Of a DNA stretch of 64,000 nt, positions 34,233 through 42,366 are shown one piece after another; the stretch's first letter is position 1; every line of letters begins with the position of its first letter. A program made the translations under genes and the position numbers. The notes beneath the pieces are model-generated. The model saw only the letters and a list, made by a program, of their open reading frames with translations, ran no database searches and had not been told where the DNA came from. The stretch comes from an uncultured Chloroflexia bacterium (GTDB lineage Bacteria; Chloroflexota; Limnocylindria; Limnocylindrales; CSP1-4), in assembly GCA_963816675.1 (NCBI GenBank), contig CAWFLS010000011.1, forward strand, positions 207,430 through 271,429, given 5' to 3'.

Positions 34233-35105
34233 TCACACCGCGGGCCGGTAGGCCTCGATCGCGCGCCGCACGTCGTCGGGCGCGACCGTCCCGGCGCGGA
34301 CAAGGTCCGCGAGATACTCCCGCCGTCGGTCGGTCTCGATCTCGTAGTCGCCCGGGCGTCGGCCGACCCGGACCGCGAGCTCGGGGGTCACGCCCCAGCC
34401 GAAGTGCTCGAAGGCGTCGCGCCGCGCGTCCCAGGTGGCGAGAACGGCCGGCCCGAGGCGCTGGAGGTGGCCGTGGGCGTCGCGCGCGACCGGACGGACG
34501 TAATGGGCCGCGACGACCCGGCGGCGATCGCGATCGATCCGGCGGATCACGAGGACCACGCCGAGGTGTGAGAGCTCGTCGTCGGTGAGTCCATTCGGCG
34601 CGGCACGGAGGATGGCGAACACCTCGTCGAGGGCATCGGCGTGGATGGCCGCGGCGAGGGCGTACCCGATCGACGTCGCGCGGATGGCCACGCGTGCCGC
34701 CGCGCCCCATGTGTACGCCGGCAGGTGATCCGACAGTTCATCGGCCACGATGAGCGTCGTGTCCGGACGGACAGGCGCGGGAACCTGCGCAGGCCGCGCC
34801 CGTCCGGGCCAGCCAAGCTCGGATGCCTGCGGCAGCCAGCCGAAGTCCTCGTCCTCGCCGGCCAGCTCGACGACCCTGATCGCCGGCGGGACGAAGGCGA
34901 GCAGCGCCCGGAGAAGCGTCGACTTTCCGTAGCTCTGCCCCTCACCGGCGACGACGAACGGGACGCGCCCCTCGACGAGGAGCCATAGCGTCGCGGCCAG
35001 CTCGGCGTCGAGCACACCCGTCCGGATCAGCTCCACGATGGAGCGCGGTTCGGGCGGGATGGGCCGGAACGCCCAGCGGCCACCGGGGAGCGGGGTGTCG
35101 GCCAC
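34233..35105 (-). CDS. Degenerate type II/IV secretion (VirB11/FlaI/CpaF-like) ATPase-domain protein
   Basis: Intact 290-aa ORF. LWLLVEGRVPFVVAGEGQSYGKSTLLRALLAFVPP resembles the T2SSE P-loop region. AAAIHADALDEVFAILRA resembles the His-box (TIHA...). Only the C-terminal ATPase domain is present. Confidence 0.55.
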   Translation of the reverse strand: MADTPLPGGRWAFRPIPPEPRSIVELIRTGVLDAELAATLWLLVEGRVPFVVAGEGQSYGKSTLLRALLAFVPPAIRVVELAGEDEDFGWLPQASELGWPGRARPAQVPAPVRPDTTLIVADELSDHLPAYTWGAAARVAIRATSIGYALAAAIHADALDEVFAILRAAPNGLTDDELSHLGVVLVIRRIDRDRRRVVAAHYVRPVARDAHGHLQRLGPAVLATWDARRDAFEHFGWGVTPELAVRVGRRPGDYEIETDRRREYLADLVRAGTVAPDDVRRAIEAYRPAV

Positions 35106-35203
35106 GGCGGGAGCGTACGACCGAACCGTCGCATTTGCATGACTGCAAGGCGCGGTGGCTCGGGATGGGGCGCCGGCGCACCGTGGGTCCCTAGACTCGA
35201 ACG

Positions 35204-36436
35204 ATGGCCATCCTGGCGTCGATCTTCGGCGTGCTCGGCCGCTTCGTCGGCAAGCTGCTCAACGCCGTCCTTGGCTGGGCGACCGTCCTGTTGTTCGGGA
35301 AGGTGCCCGACAGCAAGCAGTGGATCCTGCTGATGATCGGCCTGGGTTCGATCGTCTGGGTCGTCCTCATCGTCGGGGTCATCATCCCGGACGTCGCGAC
35401 GATGACGTTGGCCTTCGTCCCGATCCCCGACTTCGTCGACCGGAACTGGGTGCGACTGGCGATGCTCGCTGGAGCGCTGGTGCTTCCGCTGGCCATCGGA
35501 GGGGCGGCCGTGATGGTCGTCCGCAAGGAGGACCGTCCGAAGGGAGCCGGTCTGGCCGTCGCGATCGCGCGGGGCTACCCGTTCGCGCTCGTGCTGGCCC
35601 TCACGATCATCGTGCTATCCGGAGTGGCGCTCTTTCGCAAGATCCGCAGCCTGTCGAAGCGGTGGTCGGACGCGCACGTGCCCGTGATCGTCAAGCCCGG
35701 CGGGTACGACCGGGTCCTCGATGAACTGGAGGACGTGCTCGATGCGGCGGGGCTCGCGCTCGACCAACGGCCGGCGCCGCGGATCCTGTCGTTGCCACCG
35801 AGGCTCCTGAACCGAGTCGCCGGTCGTGCGCTGGGGAATCTCGTGCCCGATCGCCTGATGCTCCTCGCGTCACCGACGGTGGAGGTGCTCGTCTACCCGT
35901 CCGATGTGGCGATCTCGGGTCAGAAGGAAGATCTGGCGCGAGCAAGGGCCGCCATCGCCGACCGACTGACGAACGCGCCGGCCTATCTCACGATGTCCGA
36001 GGAGGCCGAGAAGGTCGAGGACCGGCTTGAAGTCGTTGCCGGGTCCGATGCTCCGCTCGCCGAGCGGCTCGAAGCGCTCAAGGGCATCGATTCGACGCTC
36101 GCGACGTTGACGATCCCGTTCGACGAGTGGGAGACGCTCTACCGGGAGCGCCTCCAGATCGAGCGCGACATCCTGGCAAGTGCGCTCGGAACCCAATCCG
36201 GTCCGCCTGGCGTGCCCGGCGCATCCTCCACCACGGAGACCGAGCAGGTGGCCGCGCCCCTCGAAGCCGGTGAGGGTGGTTTGCGCCGCGGGACGACCGT
36301 CGCAACCGGCGCTCTAGGGATGCTCGTCGGCTTCGGGGTCTCGCAATTGCTCGAGCGGATCGTGGGAGCCCGCGGTGGTGGCACCGGAGGCGCCGGCCAT
36401 CGGCAACCCCATGCCGGATCCGGCAAGCAGGGATGA
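35204..36436 (+). CDS. Hypothetical membrane protein (about 5 N-terminal TM segments, a soluble helical domain, and a C-terminal TM)
   Basis: Intact 410-aa ORF, divergent from the 35105 operon. A TAGACT -10 box ends 6 nt before the ATG, so the mRNA is probably leaderless. I recognise no family. Confidence 0.5.
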   Translation: MAILASIFGVLGRFVGKLLNAVLGWATVLLFGKVPDSKQWILLMIGLGSIVWVVLIVGVIIPDVATMTLAFVPIPDFVDRNWVRLAMLAGALVLPLAIGGAAVMVVRKEDRPKGAGLAVAIARGYPFALVLALTIIVLSGVALFRKIRSLSKRWSDAHVPVIVKPGGYDRVLDELEDVLDAAGLALDQRPAPRILSLPPRLLNRVAGRALGNLVPDRLMLLASPTVEVLVYPSDVAISGQKEDLARARAAIADRLTNAPAYLTMSEEAEKVEDRLEVVAGSDAPLAERLEALKGIDSTLATLTIPFDEWETLYRERLQIERDILASALGTQSGPPGVPGASSTTETEQVAAPLEAGEGGLRRGTTVATGALGMLVGFGVSQLLERIVGARGGGTGGAGHRQPHAGSGKQG

Positions 36437-36449
36437 GGGTCCGAAGCAG

Positions 36450-36839
36450 ATGACTGTTCGAAGAATCGTTCCGGACTTCGCGACCGATCGTTTGGCCGAG
36501 AGCCGCGACTTCTACGAGAGCGTCCTCGGCATGCAAGTGGCGATGGACCTCGGCTGGATCGTGACGCTCAAGTCACCCGACGCCGACCTGGCCCAGATCA
36601 GCTTCCTGACCCGCGATGCCACGGCACCGGTCGTCCCCGACCTGACAGTCGAGGTCGAGGACGTCGATGCGGTGTATGCCACGGCCCAACAGCGCGGCGA
36701 GGAAATCGTTTATCCCCTGACAGACGAGCCGTGGGGCGTGCGTCGCTTCTTCGTCGAGGACCCTGACGGCACTGTCGTGAACGTGATGTCGCATCGCCAG
36801 ACGCCTCAAGACTCCGAGGCGGATGCCGGTCCAGCGTGA
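36450..36839 (+). CDS. VOC / glyoxalase-bleomycin-resistance family protein
   Basis: Internal ATG gives MTVRRIVPDFATDRLAESRDFYESVLGM...PWGVRRFFVEDPDGTVVNV. Confidence 0.7.
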   Translation: MTVRRIVPDFATDRLAESRDFYESVLGMQVAMDLGWIVTLKSPDADLAQISFLTRDATAPVVPDLTVEVEDVDAVYATAQQRGEEIVYPLTDEPWGVRRFFVEDPDGTVVNVMSHRQTPQDSEADAGPA

Positions 36840-36863
36840 CCACGGAGATATATCTTCACGACG

Positions 36864-37457
36864 ATGGAGGTCCTGCCGCTCACCCCTGATCGGTTGCCGG
36901 ACCTCGCTGCCCTCTTCGAACAGGGCGGCGACCCGAAATGGTGCTGGTGCGCCTACTTCCGGATCCGCGGTTTCGACTTCTCGAGCGGCGGCAAAACGCG
37001 CCATCGCGCGGTCATGGAGGAGGCCGTCGTCGAGACTGCCAGGGAGCAGCGCGCGCCCGGCCTGGTCGCCTACGACGGCGATGAGGCCGTCGGCTGGATC
37101 AGCATCGGGCCACGTGCGGATTACGAGCGTTTGGCCCACTCGACGGTCCTCAAACCGGTCGATGACGAGCCGGTCTGGTCGATCGTCTGCTTCGTTGTCG
37201 GACGGCGTTCGCGCGGCCAGGGGTTGGCACGGACGCTCCTCGATGCGGGCATCACGTACGCTCGCGAGCACGGCGCGACGATGCTTGAGGCGTACCCGGT
37301 CGAGGTCGCGGAGGGCGAGCGGGTCCCCTCGGCAAACCTCTTCCGCGGCACGTTGGCGATGTTCGAGCGCGCCGGCTTCGAAGTCGTCGCCCGCCGGTCC
37401 GCACCTGGCGCACGGACGCCTCGCCCGATCGTCCGGCGCCTCGTCGACCCGCGGTGA
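36864..37457 (+). CDS. GNAT family N-acetyltransferase
   Basis: Intact 197-aa ORF. CFVVGRRSRGQGLARTLLDAGITYAREHGATMLEAYP is a motif A-like acetyl-CoA site. Confidence 0.75.
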   Translation: MEVLPLTPDRLPDLAALFEQGGDPKWCWCAYFRIRGFDFSSGGKTRHRAVMEEAVVETAREQRAPGLVAYDGDEAVGWISIGPRADYERLAHSTVLKPVDDEPVWSIVCFVVGRRSRGQGLARTLLDAGITYAREHGATMLEAYPVEVAEGERVPSANLFRGTLAMFERAGFEVVARRSAPGARTPRPIVRRLVDPR

Positions 37458-37771
37458 TCGAGCCGCCAACACGAGAGCGCCGAAGACGTGCATCCTCCGC
37501 AAGTCCGTCGATCGCCCGTGCGTCGGACGCACGTTATGCCGGCCGCTACCGATCGATGTTGCGTCAGACGAAATCGACGCGACTCGCAGCACCTCGGCGT
37601 CCGACACGAGACCTCGAATCTGCCGCCCGATGCGATCCAGCCACACATTCAGCGCCAGTCGGGACTCGCGGCGACGGGACGTGCATCCGAACGCAAGGCG
37701 CGCGGCCCCGCGCAGCCACCGTCCCGTTCCTACGTCATATGTCGGTCTTTTGACATCGTCGTCTGACGGGG

Positions 37772-37801
37772 TTGACACCCGTTTCGCACGGCGCGTAGAC
37801 T
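37772..37801 (+). promoter_or_regulatory. Sigma-70-type promoter (TTGACA-18 nt-TAGACT)
   Basis: TTGACA at 37772..37777 and TAGACT at 37796..37801, within the most AT-rich patch of an ~700-bp gene-free region. A second TTGACA lies at 37750. Confidence 0.5.
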
Positions 37802-37854
37802 GCCGACCGGCTCGCAGGTCGCGGGCATGGATCACGCTAAGGGAGACGGCTCGA

Positions 37855-37941
37855 ATGACGACGAACCCGTTCCTCCTTTCCCGATGCGTTGCGCCTATCA
37901 GTGGCGACGCACACGGGAGATCTGTGCCCATCTCGAGCTAG
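37855..37941 (+). CDS. Candidate 28-aa leader peptide (uORF) MTTNPFLLSRCVAPISGDAHGRSVPISS
   Basis: GGGAGA RBS (37841) lies 8 nt before the ATG. The uORF is embedded in a helix (37823..37833 pairs with 37919..37929) and followed by a terminator. There is no homology evidence. Confidence 0.3.
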   Translation: MTTNPFLLSRCVAPISGDAHGRSVPISS

Positions 37942-37979
37942 ACCGCAGGCGGCAGGACCGCCCTCCGGACGAACCACGA

Positions 37980-38011
37980 GCCGTGGGCCAGATCGGGCCC
38001 CCGGCTTTTTT
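37980..38011 (+). terminator. Intrinsic terminator / attenuator
   Basis: GCCGUGGGCC-AGAUCG-GGCCCCCGGC followed by UUUUUU. A T6 run is exceptional in this sequence. A second terminator-like hairpin plus UUUCGUCGUUU lies at 38051..38110. Confidence 0.55.
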
Positions 38012-38159
38012 CATGCCCTCCCCTGCCAACTCGGCAGGGCGGGACACGACAGCCGCGAGGCCCACCCGACGACCACCGTCGGATCGGACCCGCGGCTTTC
38101 GTCGTTTCCCGACCACTCCCCCACCCACCCCTGGCTGCACTCGAACGCTGGAGTCTCAC

Positions 38160-39057
38160 GTGACCGCTCTCCTGAGCCCCGAACTGAAGAACGGCTCGAC
38201 CGGGCAGTCGCCGCTGCCCGTCCGAGTCGACGCCGCCGGTCACGACGAACGCCGTGCCCGCCCTCCTGATCGAGGACGTCAGCAAGGAGTTCATCGTCGG
38301 CCGGAAGAAGAAGCCGGTCACGGCGATCTCCCACGTGTCGATGCGCCTCGAGCGCGGCGACATCCAGGGCGTCCTCGGCGCCAACGGCTCGGGCAAGTCG
38401 ACGCTCATCAGGCTGGTCTCCGGCCTGCTGACCCTCGACACGGGACGGGTAACGGTCTTCGGCCACGACCTCGAGCGTGACGAGATGGCGGTCAAGCGGC
38501 TGATCAACCGGGTCAGCGTGGACGCCGCCTTCTTCAAGAAGCTGAGCCCGATGGAGAACCTCCTCTTCGCAGCCCGCCTGTACGGCCTCGATGGCCGGAA
38601 GGCGAAGCAGGAAGCGGTCGTGATCCTGGCCCGGCTCGGCATCGCCCGGAAGCGGCTCGACAGCCCTGTCGAGCAGATGAGCCGAGGGATGCAGCAGAAG
38701 GTCGCGATCGCGCGAGCACTGCTCACGAGCCCGACGCTGCTGCTGCTGGACGAACCGACGACCGGCCTGGACCCGCGCTCGAAGCTCGACGTCCAGTCCT
38801 TCATCGAGGAACTGCACGAGACGCACGACGCAACGATCGTCCTGACGACACACGACCTGGCCGAGGCAGAACGCCTCTGCTCTCGCATCACGGTCCTCAA
38901 CGACGGCCGCATCGTCGCCGAGGACACACCCGAGGGTCTCAAGGCCCTCGTCACGAACGGCGACGGTCGCCCGGCGACCCTCGAAGACGTGTTCATGACC
39001 TACACCGGCCGCTCGCTCGACGACGACGTCGAGGAGGACGAGCGCCGAGAACGATGA
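38160..39057 (+). CDS. ABC transporter ATP-binding protein (ABC-2/DrrA-like exporter ATPase); start either GTG 38160 (with a frame slip ~38245) or GTG 38254
   Basis: ORF 38254..39057 carries GANGSGKST, the signature MSRGMQQKVAIARAL and LLLLDEPTTGLD. Only the 38160 GTG has an RBS (GGAG, 6-nt spacer). Confidence 0.85.
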
Positions 39058-39076
39058 CTGAAAGGAGGTGATAACC

Positions 39077-39274
39077 ATGTTTTACGCCATGCAGATGGAG
39101 GCCGAGCGGATCCAGGAGCGGATCGAACGCGACTTCGCGTTCGCCGCGGCCCGGCGCCTGACGCGCTCCCGAGCCCACGCCGTTCCATCCGTCGCGCGAT
39201 CGGTCGCCGGTTCATCCGAGATCGGTACGCGCATCGCGGCGGAACCCTCATTCGAGTCGGTCCGGTCCCTGTGA
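39077..39274 (+). CDS. 65-aa hypothetical micro-protein between the ABC ATPase and permease genes
   Basis: AAAGGAGGTGA Shine-Dalgarno sits 5 nt before ATG 39077. Sequence: MFYAMQMEAERIQERIERDFAFAAARRL... I recognise no family. Confidence 0.4.
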   Translation: MFYAMQMEAERIQERIERDFAFAAARRLTRSRAHAVPSVARSVAGSSEIGTRIAAEPSFESVRSL

Positions 39275-39311
39275 GGGGTCGGACCGACTCCCCCGCCTTG
39301 GAGACACTCCC

Positions 39312-40117
39312 GTGACCATCGTCGCCCATGAGCTGAGGGCCTCATACGCCTTCATCGAGCGAAACTTCTATCTGAGCCGCCGCTACTGGGGCTGGGAGAT
39401 CGCATTCCTGGCCTATTCCGTCGCGGGCGCGCTCTCGATCTCGCTCATCGGTGCCGACCAGGGCAACGAGACGTTGCTGCTGTCCCTGATGGTCGGAGCG
39501 ATCTTCTGGAACTACCTGTCGGTCGTGTTCTCGTGGATCGCCGACATGATCTCGATCGAACGCTGGGAAGGCACCCTCGAGTACACGATGATGGCGCCGA
39601 TCCGGCGCTGGTCGCATGCTGCTCGGCTCGGTCGTCTACGCGATGATCTATGGCCTGGTCCACACGTCGGTCATCTTCGTCGCGCTGATCCTGTTCTTCC
39701 CGCAGCTCGACCTGTCGGCGGCGAACCCGCCGACGGTCGCGACGTTCATGCTGATCGGCTCGTTCAGCTTCGTCGGCGTCGCCATGATGGTCGCGATCCT
39801 GCCGCTGCTGTACGTCGAACGCGGCTCGCAGATGTCCATGGTCGTCCAGTCGGTCCTTCTGCTGGTCAGCGGCGTCTACTACTCGATCGACGTCCTGCCG
39901 CCGTGGATGCAGGTCCTCGCCGCATCTCTCGCCAGCGACGTACGTCCTCGCCGGCGTCCGGGCTGGACTCATCGAGGGGAAACCGGTGACCGAGCTGACG
40001 GACCTCCTGTGGCCGCTCGTCGTGATGGGCATCGTGCTGATCCCGTTCGGGCTGTGGGCGTTCGGCCGTGCCGAGCGCTACGCCAAGCGGACCGGCAAGC
40101 TGAAGCGGGTGGGCTGA
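39312..40117 (+). CDS. ABC-2 type transporter permease; two frame breaks (~39605, ~39930)
   Basis: Stitched from ORFs 39312..39989 and 39616..40122 plus a third frame ending ...LWPLVVMGIVLIPFGLWAFGRAERYAKRTGKLKRVG*. About 6 TM segments. Confidence 0.75.
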
Positions 40118-40152
40118 GATGACGATCCGGATCAGCCGCTGAGCCCGGCGGC

Positions 40153-41269
40153 ATGGCGCCGCCGCACGCCGGCACGAACGCTCGCTCGCGGCGCTCGGCT
40201 GGGACGCCGCCTGGGCGGAGGCCTTCGAGCCGCATGCGGCCGCGGGCCTCCGCCCGGCGCGCGTCGTCGCCGTCCATCGCGAGACCTCGATCGTCCGCGA
40301 CGGGGCCGGCGACAGGCCGGCCGTCGTGTCCGGCACGTTCCGGTTCGCTGCGCTCGCCCGCTCGGACTTCCCGACCGTCGGCGACTGGGTCGGCGATCGA
40401 TGGCGACGACGTCGTGAGCTCGATCCTGCCGCGTCGCAGCATCTTCCGGCGGATGGCCCCCGACGGCAGCCGTCGCGGAACCAGCCTCGACGACGAGCAG
40501 GTCATGGCGGCCAACGTCGACGTCGCGCTGCTCGTCGCGGGACTCGACAACGACTTCAACCTCCGGCGGATCGAGCGCTACGTGGCGGTCGCCTGGTCGA
40601 GCGGCGTCACGCCGGTCGTCGTCCTCAACAAGGCCGACCTCGCCGACGACGTCGACGGCCGGCTCGTCGCGGTCGAACGCTGTCGCACCCGGCGTGCCGA
40701 TCGTCGCCGGTTTCGGCGTGGACGGGCGCCGGCCTCGACCTCCTGCGCGGCCATCTTCTGACCCGGGACGACCGCGGCCATCCTCGGATCGTCCGGCGTC
40801 GGGAAGTCGACGCTCGTCAACGCGCTGCTCGGCGAGGCTCGGCAGGCGACAGCAGAGGTTCGCGGCTCCGACTCGCGCGGTCGCCACACGACCACGCACC
40901 GCGAGCTGTTCGAGCTGCCCGGCGGCGCGCTTCTCGTGGACACGCCGGGCATCCGCGCGCTCGAGGTGCTCGGCGCGGACGAGGGCGTCGACGCGGCCTT
41001 CGACGACGTCCGCGACATCGCGCTGACGTGCCGGTTCTCCGACTGCCACCACGACGGCGAACCGGGATGTGCCGATCCGAGCGGCGCTCGACGACGGACG
41101 CCTGTCGGAGGAGAGGCTCGCCAGCCATCGCAAGCTCGAGCGCGAGTCGGCCCGCGCCGCGCGCGAGGGTGACCCGCGGGCCCGCGCCGAGCATCGTCGG
41201 ACCTGGAAGATCATCCACAAGTCGGTCAGCGAGCACATGGAACGCAAATACGGGAGCGGACTCGGATGA
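40153..41269 (+). CDS. rsgA: Ribosome small-subunit-dependent GTPase A; at least four frame breaks
   Basis: Pieces: LAALGWDAAWAEAF; ILPRRSIF..R; NVDVALLVAGLDNDFNLRRIERY; VVLNKADL; GSSGVGKSTLVNALLG; RGRHTTTHREL; DTPGIR; the zinc knuckle CRFSDCHHDGEPGC; end ...ERKYGSGLG*. Confidence 0.85.
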
Positions 41270-42314
41270 CGACCTCGACCGAGACGATCGACTGGCATCG
41301 GCCCTGTCCGCGCCGAGGCTCCCGTCGCCATCCCCTGGTCTGCCGCTTCCGGACCGTGGCGCGACGACTCGCGACTACGACGCGATGGCCGCGGTCATGA
41401 TCGCCGCGAGCCAGGCCGACGGCGTGCCGTGGGCGCCGACCGGCGAGCTGCTCCGGATCGACAAGACCGGACAGTCCGACGATCGATCCCGCCCGCGACA
41501 TCGTCCTCGCCGAGGTCGACGGCCGGCTCAGTCGCGTGTACGGCCAGGTCGAACGTGTCATCCGCGAGGGCGAGCCGATCTACGAGACGTGGGGTGCCGT
41601 CCATCCCGACGTCCGCCGGCGCGGCATCGGCAGCGCGCTTCACGCCTGGAACATGCGACGTGCCCACGAGCGCGCCGCGACGCTCGAGCCCGGACGCTCC
41701 GGTCACCCTCGAGGCGCACGTCGAAGAGGGCGAGGTCGGTAACGCCGCGCTGTCGTCGCCCGCGGCTTCGAGGTCGTCCGGCAGCTTCCAGCTCATGCGC
41801 CGCGACCTGACCGAGCCGCTTCCCGACGTCCCGCTGCCCGACGGCCTTGAGGTTCGGCGACGTTCGCCCGGAGGACCATCGGACCGATCTGCGATGCCGA
41901 GGACGAGGCGTTCCGCGAGCCACTGGGGCGCTCGCGAACCATACCGACCACGACTTCGCGCTACACGTTCGACCGCACGGAGCTCGACACCGGCGCTGTG
42001 GGTCGTCGCCTGGGACGGCGACCTAGTTCGCAGGCGTTGTCGAGAACTGGATCTGGCGCGACGAGAACGCGACCCTCGGCGTGCGATCGAGGCTGGTTCG
42101 AGCGGGTCAGCGTTGGCCGGCCGTGGCGTCGTCGCGGTCTCGGCCGAGCGATGACCGCGTTGTCACTCGTCCGCCTGCGCGACGCCGGCATGACCGAGGC
42201 CATGCTCGGCGTCGATGCCGACCAACTCGACTCGGGGCCGTCGCGCTGTACGAGGGCGTCGGCTTCGAGGTCCACCGGACGCGAGTTCGCGTACCGGCGG
42301 GTCGACGCGCGTAG
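41266..42314 (+). CDS. Two-domain GNAT acetyltransferase (MshD-like architecture); many frame breaks; 3' end uncertain
   Basis: The first GNAT core is HPDVRRRGIGSALHAWNM. The second is GRPWRRRGLGRAMTALSLVRLRDAGMTEAMLGVDA...ALYEGVGFE. ATGA overlap with the rsgA stop. Confidence 0.6.
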
Positions 42315-42366
42315 CCGCGGCGCGTGGCCGCCCGCCCGCCCCGCCCGGCCCGCCCCGCCGAGGCGT

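Noticed and set aside
37899-37905. B12-box-like GCCACTG (minus strand), suggesting a cobalamin riboswitch
   Set aside because: The other conserved cobalamin-riboswitch elements (GGGAA...GGUG..AA..CC core, ACUGU context) are not present in the right order. The orientation would also point away from any plausible regulated gene.
37965-37972. CCGGACGA resembling the start of a guanidine-III (ykkC-III) riboswitch, and ACGA loops resembling mini-ykkC
   Set aside because: The remainder of the ~41-nt pseudoknot consensus is absent and the flanking bases do not form the required hairpins. The downstream genes are not guanidine-related transporters.
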